Below are positions 50,576 to 62,325 of a DNA stretch of 64,000 nt, in pieces. The notes under the pieces were generated by a model. That model saw nothing but the letters and a program-made list of their open reading frames with translations. It searched no databases and was not told the origin of the DNA. Position 1 is the first letter of the stretch. Every line of letters starts with the position of its first letter. The translations under genes were made by a program, and so were the position numbers. Source of the DNA: Malacoraja senta (taxonomy: Eukaryota); assembly GCA_038087875.1 (NCBI GenBank), contig CM075999.1, forward strand, positions 1,056,001 to 1,120,000. The letters run 5' to 3'.

Positions 50576-51957
50576 TGCACTATTAAAGACTGCAAGGTCC
50601 TATACTTCCCCAGAACCCTAGACTCCGGTTGCTAGGGAACGTCCGCCTGGTCCACCCCAAATTGGGTCCCCAACCGCCTGTCCTTTCTCTCCCCAAACCC
50701 GTCCCTGATTTCCCATTGAGGGGCATCTGAGCCTTTTGAATCTTGCAACAGCCGGCTCACAACCAACACAGCTGTCGTTGTGTTTGTAACCACATAAATC
50801 AATTTCTGGGCCAGTGAATTTAGCAGCAGTGTCCTCGATCGGTAATGTTCTTGGCTTTCTAGAATTCACATTAGAAGCACATTAGAGTGCACTGCAGTCA
50901 CGGAGATTGTGTGAATACTCGATGTCCCCAGTAATAAACTACACAGAAGGGCTTGCAGTATTAATGAAGCTTATTTTTAACAGTTCGCCTTCAATGGTCA
51001 GGGTAAATAATGCACAAGGCTTTTCACACAAGCGAGTAGACAGGATGTGAAAAATAAATTCTACACTTAAGACACTTTTACCGTGAGCCCTTCAGTCTGA
51101 TTCTCATACTTGTCAAACTTTATTTATCTGAATGCTCTTTTTTTCTGTCACATTTGGATAATAACATGTTTTCAGGGCCATGATTTTCAACGGGTGACGC
51201 AGCCCCGATCTAAAGTTATCGATGGGTTGTTAGTCATTGCATCTGCCACTCGTTTAACACAGCCTGTGCTATTTCAGAGGGTCCCACTTTGAACCGGTGC
51301 TGTGCACCTCACCGACGATGTTTCTGGCTGCAGTTGTCTGGGGAGGAGAGGTCATCTGGAGAACAGACGGTGCAGGTGCTTGGTAAATGCTGGTTCTTTA
51401 TTTCCAGTTTGCTAAGTCTGAAGAAGGAATCCTGAACTTCCTTTGACCAGGTAGACCAACAAAATACACAGAAGGACTGTAAGGAACAATGTTATAACAG
51501 CAATGTAACCCTGGCAACAATACTGAAGTCAACAAGCCTCCATTGCCGGAGTAACTCAGCTGGTCAGGCACCATCTCTGGAGAAAAGGAATAGGTGACAT
51601 TTTGGGTGTAGACCCTTCTTCAGACCTTCTTACACAAGCCTCCATTGCATCCATGTTTAGTACTGTCAACTGCTTTGCCCTTTATATTCTCTCTAAAACA
51701 AATGTAGCTCTTGGTAATCTTGTGTGTAGTTGGTGAAATTATTTTACCAATGAGTATCAGTGTGCGATTGGAGTTGCGCTCAAATATCAGGTGATTAACA
51801 AGATACTTGGTACATTGTGGAATATTTTTGAGCAAATTCACATAGTGCTTCCCGAACCAATGTTTGACCATTTGCATTAGTAAAATTAAATACGGCTCAG
51901 ACACCACTCTCTGAGAGATATAAGATTGTAGGTTCAATTCCTGTTCAAGAATCTTGA

Positions 51958-52437
51958 GTAGACAATAGACAATAGACATTAGGTGCAGGAGTAGGCCATT
52001 TGGCCCTTCGAGCCAGCACCACCATTCAATGTGATCATGGCTGATCATCCCCAATCAGTACCCCGTTCCTGCCTTCTCCCCATATCCCCTGACTCCGCTA
52101 TTTTTAAGAGCCCTATCTAGCTCTCTCTTGAAAGCATCCAGAGAACCTGCCTCCACCGCCCTCTGAGGCAGAGAATTCCACTTTAGACTCTAGAGACAGT
52201 GTGGAAACAGGCCTCATGGCTCACTGAGTCTGTGCCAACCAACAATCACCCTGTACTACCTTAGAATCTATGGACAATTTGCAAAAGACCATTAAACTAC
52301 AAACCTGCACGTCTTTGCGATGTGGGAGGCAACCGGAGCACCCGGAGAAAACCCACGCAGTCACCGGAAGGACGTGCAAACTCCATACAGACAGCACCCG
52401 TGGGCAGCAACTCTGGCGCTGCGTCACTGTGCCGCCC
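51958..52437 (-). mobile_element. CR1 3' tail (51958-52180) followed by an HE1-like SINE (52182-52437)
   Basis: Both match other copies in the window. Confidence 0.8.
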
Positions 52438-52609
52438 ATTTTGTGTAATCTTGTGTGTAGTTGGTGGAGCTGTTTTAGCAATAACCATCAGTGTGCCACG
52501 GGAACAGTGCTCAAAAAGCTGGGGTACCTCAGCGGGTCAGGCAGCACCTCTGGAGAAAAAGGAATTGGTGATGTTTCGGACCGAAACCTTTCTTCTAGAG
52601 CATGCTGCA

Positions 52610-52870
52610 TTTTTGGAGGTATTTCCTTTTAAACCGTGTATTCCCAGTGGAAAGTTCCCCAGTACCATTATTTGGAGAAGGGTAGAAGAGTTATGCTGGC
52701 TGTACTGGCCAATGTTTATTCCTCAATCTATGCACACATTATATTGGGTTATTATCATTGGTGTGCATGGGAGGTTAATGTGGTCCAAGTGTTGTAAATG
52801 TGATCCCATTTCACCGAGCAAAAATTGCGGCAATGCATCCTGAAGTTGTGAAAGTCACTTTTTATATATT
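52610..52870 (+). mobile_element. Ancient Deu-domain SINE relic (SacSINE1/AmnSINE1-like)
   Basis: ...TATTTGGAGAAGGG..CTGGCCAATGTTTATTCCTCAA.. resembles the Deu core as I recall it; L2-like tail CATCCTGAAGTTGTGAAAG. Confidence 0.5.
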
Positions 52871-53442
52871 ACTCTTTCTTTTATAGAGGGCCTTCGGCAT
52901 TCTACAATGTCCCAAGGCACTGCTCAGGAATGTAATGAGAAAGCACTCGGAGCCCAGGAAGAATGCATTTGGACAGGTGACCCAATGTTTACTCAAAGAG
53001 TATAGACACAAAATGCTGGAGTAACTCAACGGGACAAGCAGCATCTCTGGGGAGAAGGATTGGGTGATGTTTCAGACTGAAGAAGTGTCTCGACCCGAAA
53101 CACCACCCACTCCTTCTCTCCAGACATGCTGCCAATCCCGCTGAGTTACGCCAGCAATTTGTGTCTATCTCCGGTGTAAACCAGCATTTGCAGCTCATTC
53201 CTACACATATACTCCAAGAGGGAGGTTTCAGTCAGCCTCCTACACATGTTCAGTGAGATGGAGATACAAGGAACAGCAGGTGCTGGTTTACAACAAAAGA
53301 CACAAGTGCTGGAGTAACTCAACGGGTTAGGCAGTATTTCAGGAGAACATAGATAGGTGACGTTTTGGGTCGGGACCCCAGTCCCGTTCAGTGTTCAGTG
53401 AGGATATTCCAGGGCTTTTCAAGATGCCGTGAAAGAGTCGGA

Positions 53443-54207
53443 TGTACTATCTAAATGGCGTCAAGTTGGGAAAAGGGGAAGTACAACGGGATCTGGGGGT
53501 CCATGTACATCAGTCTATGAAAGTAAGCATGCAGGTACAGCAGGCAGTGAAGAAAGCGAATGGCATGTTGGCCTTTATAACAAGAGGAATCGAATATAGG
53601 AGCAAAGAGGTCCTTCTGCAGTTGTACAGAGCCCTAGTGAGACCACACCTGGAGTATTGTGTGCAGTTTTGGTCCCCTAATTTGAGGAAGGCCATTTTTG
53701 CTATTTAGGGAGTGCAGCATAGGTTTACAAGGTTAATTCCCGGGATGGCGGGACTGTCATGTGCTGAGAGAATGGAACAGCTGGACTTGTACACTCTGGA
53801 GTTTAGAAGGATGAGAGGGTATCTCATTGAAACATATAAGATTGTTAAGAGCTTGGACACGCTAGAGGCAGGAAACATGTTCCCGATGTTGGGAGAGTCC
53901 AGAACCAGGGGCCACAGTTTAAGAATAAGGAGTAAGCCATTTAGAACGGAGACGAGGAAACACTTTTTCTCACAGAGAGTGGTGAGTCTGTGGAATTCCC
54001 TGCCTCAGAGGGCAGTGGAGGCAGGTTCTCTTGATGCTTTCAAGAGAGAGCTAGATAGGGCTCTTAAAAATAGCGGAGTCAGGGGATATGGGGAGAAGGC
54101 AGGAACGGGGTACTGATTGGGGATGATCAGCCATGATCACATTGAATGGCGGTGCTAGCTCGAAGGGCCAAATGGCCTACTCTTGCACCTATTGTCTATT
54201 GTCTATT
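53443..54207 (+). mobile_element. CR1-clade LINE 3' fragment
   Basis: ORFs 53442..53708 and 53712..54116, split by one stop codon. Confidence 0.93.
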
Positions 54208-54542
54208 GATGTATAAGATGCCAGAGTTGCAGAAATACAAAGTTCACAGAGGTTTGTCGACCTGGAGAATGTTACAGAGAGTAGAGAGGATGAGACACAG
54301 GAACAGCAGATGCTGTAATCTTGAGTAAGATACAAACTCAGTAATTCAGTCGACCAGGCAGCATTTATGGAGGGAATGCATAGGCAATGCTTCTTCAGAT
54401 TCCTGAGATTCAGTCTGATGAAGAGTCCCAAACCGAAACGTCGTCTACCCATTCCCTCCACAGATGCTACCTGAACCTCTGAGCTATTCCAGTACTTTGT
54501 ATTTTAGGAATGGCACAGGGGGTGCTGCAGTAGGGGGGGGGG

Positions 54543-54830
54543 GGCAAGTTGGCGCAGCGGTAGAGTAGCTGCCTTGCTACTCTACCGGGTTTGATCCTGA
54601 CCTCGGGTGCTGTCTGTGTGGAGTTTGTACGTTCTCCCCGTGACCTGAGTTGGTTTGCTTCATGTCCTCTGGTTTCCTCCCACACTCCAAAGACATACAG
54701 GTTTATAGGTTAATTGCCTTGGTAAAAATGTAAATTGTCCCTAGTGTGTGTAGGATAGTGTTTGTGTGCTGGTGTGCACACTTAGTGGGCCGAAAGTCCT
54801 GTTTCCGCACTGTACCTCCAAACTAAATTA
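54543..54830 (+). mobile_element. HE1-like V-SINE
   Basis: Head, core and tail. Confidence 0.85.
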
Positions 54831-55166
54831 AAAGGGTGAGAGTTGGAAGGAATTTAAACATAAGAACTAATTTATAAGAATTGAAGAGTTGGCAAACTGG
54901 ATGCCAATGAAGTCAGACGGCACTTTTTAATAAAAAAATCAAAGTGAGATTTTGCATGTTTCAAAATTCACAGATGTTATTCATCATGTTAATATCCAGT
55001 GGACTTCATTCATGTGGAAGAATATAATGTCCCATGGCCACATGAGCAATACAATCTCAGTTTGAGTAATGCTACTTTTTGAAGACCTCTTACCTCTCAA
55101 AGTTTAAAAATCCATCTGATTACTTTTATTGAGCAGTTCCAAGATGGAAATCGAAAATGACATTGC

Positions 55167-55540
55167 TTCGACAAAAATGATGGATAAACTCAGCGGGTGA
55201 GGCAGCATCTATGGAGCGAAGGAATAGGCGACGTTTGTGGTCGAGACTCTTCTTCAGACTTAAATCATTGGAGGTACACAAAAATGCTGGAGAAACTCAG
55301 CGGGTGCAGCAGCATCTATGGAGCGAAGGAAACAGGCAACGTTTCGGGCCGAAACCCTTCTTCATTGGATGCTGGAGATTGGAAAGGAACCTGCAGATAA
55401 TGGAAGGTGGACACGAAGTGCTGGAGTAACTCAGCGGGTCAAGCAGCATTCCTGGAGTACATGGATAGGTGACGTTTTGGGTCAGGACCCTTCTACAGAT
55501 CTCTGGTCGAAACCAGCACCTGCAGTTCCTTTTTTTAATA
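55167..55540 (-). mobile_element. Three tandem Penelope 3'-end units
   Basis: Each unit has AACTCAGCGGGT...GCAGCAT...ACGTTT...CTTCT. Confidence 0.75.
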
Positions 55541-55994
55541 CATTAGGAAATCAGTTATCCTTGTTAAAATTACATTATTGTCTTAAAAATTTATTTCTGA
55601 TTCGTTGAATAAATAACATTAATGTTTTGATTCCCAAGGTCTGCATTTGCTAATTATCACCCCTTCAACATTCGGGAACACATTGTTTTTGATTAGTTAA
55701 ATTCTTTAGTTTGTAAGATGAAAGCTTTCCATGTTATCTTAATAGAATTGCCAATGAGTTTCCCTCTGCAGTCTCCATCTTTTTTTTAAGTGCCTTTCAT
55801 CTCAATCCCAGAATTGTTTCGATGGTTTGATGTAAAGTGTTTCTCGTCCAGGTCCCTCAGCAGAAAGAAGCCCGGGCTTTTGATTGAACCACGTTGAACT
55901 GATGCTTTTGGCAGCCACCATGTATTGATCTATCTGTTGAAAGTCCTCACTATGAAACATTGCACAATGCCTCACGTATATAGTGATTTCAGAA

Positions 55995-56400
55995 ACACGA
56001 GTTTAGAAGGATGGGGGGGACCTAATTGAAACTTACCGAAGGTTTGGATAGAATGGCTGTGGAGAAGTTGTTTTCACTAGCGGGAGAGTCTAGGACCAGA
56101 GGCCATATCCTCAGAATTAAAGGATGTTCTGTTTGTAAGAAGAGTAATTAATTTTGTTGGAAGGTGGTGAATCTGTGGAATTCTTTGCCACAGAAGGCTA
56201 TGGTGGCCATCAATGGATATTTTAATGGCAGAGATAGATAGATTCTTGATAGGTACAGGTGTCAGAGGTTATGGGGAAAAGGCAGGAGAATGGGGTTGGG
56301 AGGGAGAGATAAATCAGCCATGATTGAACGGCGGAGTAGACTTAATGGCGGAGTAGGCCTAATTCTGCTCCTATCACTTATGACCTTATGAACTTATGAC
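55995..56400 (+). mobile_element. CR1-clade LINE 3' fragment
   Basis: CR1 C-terminus and (CTTATGA)n tail. Confidence 0.8.
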
Positions 56401-57569
56401 ATTGATATAGGACTGTAATCTGTGGACTATAATGTAGGATGGAATTGGACACAGATAAATCTGTAATGAAAGGTTCCGCAAACTTTGATAAGCTTTTGGT
56501 TGATTAATTGATTATTTGAAAGATGGAAACGGGCCCTTCAGCCCAATGAATCCACACCAACCATTGATCACCCAGTTCTTTGTAATCCCACTTTCACATC
56601 CACTCCATACAGACTAGGGGCAATTTTACAGTGTCCAATTAACCTACAAACCTGCACGTCTTTGGGATGGGAGGAAACCGGAGCACTCGGAGGAAACCCA
56701 TATGGTCACAGGGTGAACGTGCTAACTCCACACCGACATCACCCGAGGTCTGGATCGAAGCAACTAGGATAAAGTCGTAGGTTTTGAGGAGCAACACAAA
56801 GAAGGAAAGGCTGGACAAATTGTGGGAGTGAATTTTGGGGCTCAAGGCTTGGGCAGGTCATAGATCATAGTGGCCCTTCGGCCCACCTCGTCTGCACTGG
56901 ACATGATGCCAAGATAAACTAACTCTTGACTCTATGCCTAAGCACAGCTCCTGCGCTATCTATAAATTTGCCGACGACACCACAATAATGCTTGAAGCAC
57001 TCAGGAGATCCCGGAGAAAACCCGCGCGGGTCACGGGGAGAACGTACAAACTGCGTACCGACAGCACACATAGTCAGGATCAATCCCGGGGTGTCTGGCG
57101 CTGTAAGGCAGCAACTCTACTGTTGCTCCACCGTGGCACCACTTGCTACGAGGTGGGCTGCAATGATCCAGAAGGCACTTAATTGAAGTTTCAACAGGAC
57201 GGCATTGAAATAACTCACCTTGTACAACTTTATCTGTTCAAAGCTTAATTTCTCCAAGTTTAAATGTAATCTTCAGTTTTAACGGACTACTTGTTCTCTT
57301 CCTCATTTGGATGCGCATTTCCATCATACGGCTTTTGTTTCAGGAATAAAAGAGATCTGTTCAAAATATCTCGAACAAAAACAGCAAGCTTTAAAGGGCC
57401 CCTTTTGTCGGAACCACTTGACATTGTTTGTTTTTCAAAGGCATTAAATTACTCTCAACTCATTGTTAAATATGTACCAAATAATAATCAATTAAGAGGA
57501 AGGTGATAACAAAACCTCTCCATGTTAGACTGAATAGGTTTTATTAGGAGCTCTGAAGCATTTATAAAC

Positions 57570-57876
57570 GGGCGGCACAGGGGCGCAGCGGTAGAGCAGC
57601 TGCCTTACAGCGCCAGAGGCCCTGGTTAGATGCTGACTACGGGTGATATCTGTATGGTGTTTGCACATTTTCCCTGTGAACGTGTGGGTTTTATCCGAGA
57701 TCTTAGGTTTCCTCACACACTCCAGGTTTGTAGGTTAATTGGCTTGGTATAAATATTTTAAATAAGTGTCTCTAGTGTGTGTACGATAGTGTTAATGTGC
57801 GGGGGATCGCTGGTCGGCGAGGACTCGGTGGGCCGAAGGGCCTGTTTCCGCGCTGTATCTCTAAACTAAACTAAAC
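57570..57876 (+). mobile_element. HE1-like V-SINE
   Basis: Full copy. Confidence 0.88.
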
Positions 57877-57920
57877 AAAGAATCTTGCTGTGACATGTCA
57901 CATGTGATAATAAAGTATCA

Positions 57921-58183
57921 TCGGCCTGAACATTGACTTCTCCAATTTCCGGTAGCCCTTGCCGTCTCCTCCCCTTCTCAGCTCTCCCTCAGCCCGCTGG
58001 CTCCTCCTCTTCCTTTCTTCTTCCCCCCCCCCCTCCCCCACCCTGCATCAGTCTGAAGAAGGGTTTCAGCCCGAAACGTTGCCTATTTCCTCCGCTCCAC
58101 AGATGCTGCCGCACCCGCTGAGTTTCTCCAGCATTTTTGTCTACCTTCGATTTTTCCAGCATCTGCAGTTCTTTCTTAAACAT
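57921..58183 (+). mobile_element. Penelope-like 3' end
   Basis: GLNIDFSNFR* followed by a hammerhead core at 58053-58080. Confidence 0.85.
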
Positions 58184-58744
58184 GCATCATACATATGTGG
58201 GGTTTTTCTGGGTGCTCCGGTTTGCTCCCACAATCTTAAAAAGTACAGATGTGTAGGTTAATTGGCATCAGTAAAATTGTAAATTGCCCCAATGGTGCTA
58301 GTGTACGGGGTGATCGCTGGTCGGCGCGGACTCGGTAGGAAGAAGGGTCTGTTTCCATTCAGTTTTGCTAAAGCCTAAAGCAAAGTAAATACAGACCATT
58401 CCTGATTTACCATTGCCCAATCTGTGGACACTCCTGCTTACGAACCGCCTCTCATAATACTATTAAATGAAATAATCTGACAGATGGACATACTGTACAT
58501 ACATGCCCACGATGGCAGAACTAGCTCTCCCTCTCTCCACTTTCAGTAATTGTTCTTTCTTACCAGTCTTGCGTAGTTTTGGTGCCATTTATTACAATAC
58601 TGTGACGGTTTGGTTACAATATCAAGCTATCTTGTTTTGAGATACAGCGTGGAAACAGGACCTTCGGCCCACCGAGTCTGCGCTGGCCAGCGACCCAAGT
58701 ACACAAGGACTATCTGGAGCTTTTCCGGTGCAACCGGAAACAGG

Positions 58745-59043
58745 TGACACGGTGGCGCAGCGGTAGAGTTGCTGCCTCACAGCGCCAGGGATCCAGGTTC
58801 GATCCTCACCTCGGGTACTGTCTGTATGGAGTTTGTACGTTCTCCCTGTGACTGTGTGGGTTTTCCCCAGGGTGCTACGGTTTCCTCCCACACTCCAAAG
58901 ACATGCAGGGTTTGCAGTTTAATTGGCTTCTGTAAATTCGCCTCCTAGCGCGGAGGATAGAACTAGTGTACCGGTGATTGTTGGTCGGCACGGACTCGGT
59001 GGGCCGAAGGGCCTTTTTTCAGCGCTGTATCTCTAAACTAAAC
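58745..59043 (+). mobile_element. HE1-like V-SINE
   Basis: Full copy. Confidence 0.88.
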
Positions 59044-59897
59044 CATATTAAAATATAATCTTCACTGCACAGTCTCTGTACAACTAGGTTTATGTCGCTA
59101 TGTTAATGAATATTTAACTGCATAAAGGGTCACTTGCTGACTTCAGGACACCTAAGCAGATTCCTTCAACACTGACTGCAGGCTGCTCAAACGCCTTCTG
59201 AAGTTGGCAGAGTGTGCTCAAGTGTACAAAGGATGCTTTACCCGCGTGTAGTTCCTGACAAACTCATTCAACGCGTGCCTCAATGGTCACGTCAGCAGCA
59301 GCAGCACACCATTAATTGAAGCACCTGTGGAGCTCGGAAGGGTACAAATTGATACTGGAAATGAGTTTCAGTTGCCTGCAACAGTCTGTGGGCACTCTGA
59401 GGTAAATGCCTGGCAGGTACAAGACTTCATCATTGCATGCTGTGTGGTAGCACAGAGAAGTAGCTCGCGGAGCCACTGCCTCACAGCACCAGAAACCCAT
59501 CTACAATCCTGACCTCGTCGACAAATACTCTATTGAACATCTACAGTTGTACGATGGAGGCATACTGATGGGTTCCACCACAGCTTGGTCTGGTGACTCA
59601 AGCACCCAAAAACAAAGCAGGCTGCAGATAATTTAGTTTAGTTTAGTTTAGAGATACAGCGTGGAATTAGGCCCTTTGACCCACCGAGTCCACACTGATG
59701 ATTGATCACCTGTACACAAGTTCTCTGTCATCCCAGTTACGCAACCCATACTCAAGGGGCACTTTCCATATTCCCATCAGTGGTCGGCCAAGAGCCTACA
59801 CATAATACTCCTTCATATCCTACTTTGCAGAAGCATCTGCGCTTAACCTAACACATCAATGAATATAAAGTATGTTTGTGGGTGCCTGGCTATCGTG

Positions 59898-60338
59898 GGT
59901 GGTGCAGCGGTAGAGTTGCTGCCTTACAGTGCCAGAGACTCGAGTTCGATCCTGACTACTGGTGCTTGTCAGTACGGAGATTGTTGCGTTCTCTCCGTGA
60001 CATTCGCCGAGATCTTAGGTTTCCTCCCACACTCCAGGTTTGCAGGTTAACTCTGAAGAAGGGTCTCGACCAGAAACGTCGCCTATTCCTTCGCTCCATA
60101 GATGCTGCCTCACCCGCTGAGTTTCTTCAGCATTTTATGTCTACTTTCGATTTTTCCAGCATTTGCAGTTCCTTCTTAAACAACTTGTAGATTAATTGGC
60201 TTGGTATAAGTGTATAAAATGTCCCCTGTGTGCAGATTATTGTTAGCGTGCGGGGATCGTTGGTCGGCGTGGACTCAGTGGGCCAAAGGGCCAATTTCCA
60301 CGCTGTATCTCCAAAATTAAAACTTAAGCTAAACTAAA
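59898..60338 (+). mobile_element. HE1-like SINE with a nested 134-bp PLE mini-insertion (60051-60184)
   Basis: SINE resumes after the insert; imperfect TSD TTG(C/T)AG(G/A)TTAA. Confidence 0.8.
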
Positions 60339-60742
60339 AGGTCCAACTTTCGGGCCAGATATGTATGCATGGAGGTGCCTACTGAGGAAAATGTTCAATT
60401 TGTGACATTTCCACTTGCGCGCTATAATTAAAACATCAGAATATAAGCTCTTTATTTAAAACAAAATTGTATCCTCAGTCTTGGCCTGATTTTCTCTCGG
60501 CAAAGTAAGTCTAATGAAAGAGTTTGTGGAGTTAATTGGGTCAATAGAGTGAGACCTTTCTTTGGTAGGAAGCCCAGAACAAAGAAAGTCTAACAATTAA
60601 GACTAAGCAATTCAAGAGTAGTGCCACACAAGCTGTAGCTAAAATCTGGGAGTCTTTCTGCCAATTTGTTACTTGGAAGTCAATTGAAATGTTCAAAGCT
60701 GCGGCTGGTAAATTAGTATTAGTCCTGGTTAACAAGACATGC

Positions 60743-61130
60743 ACTTCACTTGCGCAGCTTACAACCCAGCGGTATGAATATGGATTGCTCTAACTTCAAG
60801 TAACCCTTGCATCGCCCCCTCTCTCCATCCCTCACCCACCCAAGTTATTGTACCAGTTTAAAATCGTCTTGTTGAGTCTCATTGTCTGTAACTCGTTTTC
60901 ACCTAGACCACAGCTAACACTGGCCTGTTTCCTTTATCATCGTTACTTTTTTTTGCATATCTTTCATTCATTTGTTATGGATGTCTCCATGTCACTGTCT
61001 TTATCGCTCGTTTCCCTTTCCCCTGACTCGCAGTCTGAAGGAAAGTCTCGACCCAAAACATCACATATTCCGTTTCTCCGGAGATGCTGTCTGACCCGCT
61101 GAGTTACTCCGGCTTTTTGTGTCTACCTTC
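60743..61130 (+). mobile_element. Older Penelope-like 3' fragment
   Basis: Homologous to 33590-33900; degenerate hammerhead. Confidence 0.7.
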
Positions 61131-61939
61131 TTGCTGAGTGAAGCTGGGTATCTAGAGTTGAGGTGGTCAGCCATTGTCTAAATGAATGGCAGGGTTGGTT
61201 TGAGAGGATAAATGGCTTCCTCTTATTTCCATGTGCTTCATCACCTTCCCTCCCCTTTCAAGTGTCTAAACCATTTTATTGTCTGATGTCCTGAAATGGA
61301 ACAATGAAATTGTCTGAAGAAGGGTGTCGACCCGAAACGTCACCCTATTCCTTCTCTCCAGAGATGCTGCCTGTCCTGTTGAGTTACTCCAGCATTTTCT
61401 GTCTATCCTCAATGAAACTCCTACTTGCAGCATCAGCACACCAGGTTTGTATACACAGTGCGCAATGGATAATATAATAAATTTAAACAAAGTTCAATAA
61501 ATAATTGTGTTAAACATTTAATGGTGTTTTGCCCAGAGCACAGTGAGGCAGTTTGTGATGAGTTTCCATAATAATTTCACAAATACAACTGAACTATGAA
61601 CCATATCTGATTTGATTGCACTAAGGACCTAGGGGTATTTTTGCAATAGTATTAGGGTTATTAATTTATTCAATTTTTACTTTGTTTATTATATGTTATC
61701 TATGTCTTGTGTCTACAGGCCTGTTATGCTGCTGCAAGTAAGAATTCCATTTTTCCCGTTGTCGGAACATATGACAATTAAACACACATGAAATGTTAAC
61801 TGTCTGATTTGCTCTTGTGTTGAAGTTAATTGGATAAATTTGAAACACATATTCAACATCAATGATTTTAATGTCGATTCTAAGGAAAAATGTATTTCAA
61901 TAAATTAAATTTTGAAAAAGCAAAAATCAGAATGGATTA

Positions 61940-62073
61940 TGTGTTAAAGAAGGAACTGCAGATGCTGGAAAATCGAAGGTACACAAAAATGCTGGAGAAA
62001 CTCAGCGGGTGCAGCAGCATCTATGGAGCGAAGGAAACAGGCAACGTTTCGGGCCGAAACCCTTCTTCAGACT
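61940..62073 (-). mobile_element. 134-bp hammerhead-headed PLE mini-insertion
   Basis: Perfect 15-bp TSD AATCAGAATGGATTA (61925-61939, 62074-62088); core at 62043-62070. Confidence 0.85.
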
Positions 62074-62086
62074 AATCAGAATGGAT

Positions 62087-62325
62087 TAGTTTAGTTTAGA
62101 GATACAGCGCGGACACAGGCCTTTTGGCCCACCGAGTCCACACCGACCAGCGATCCCCGCACATTAACACTATCCTACACACACTAGGGACAATTACGTC
62201 TTTGGAGTGTGGGAGGAAACCGAAGATCTGAGATAAAACCCACGCAGGTCAAGGAGAGAACATACAAACTCCATACAGACAAGAACCTGTAGTCAGGATC
62301 GAACCCAGGTCTCTGGCGGTGCACG
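62087..62325 (-). mobile_element. HE1-like SINE
   Basis: Tail, core and partial head. Confidence 0.85.
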
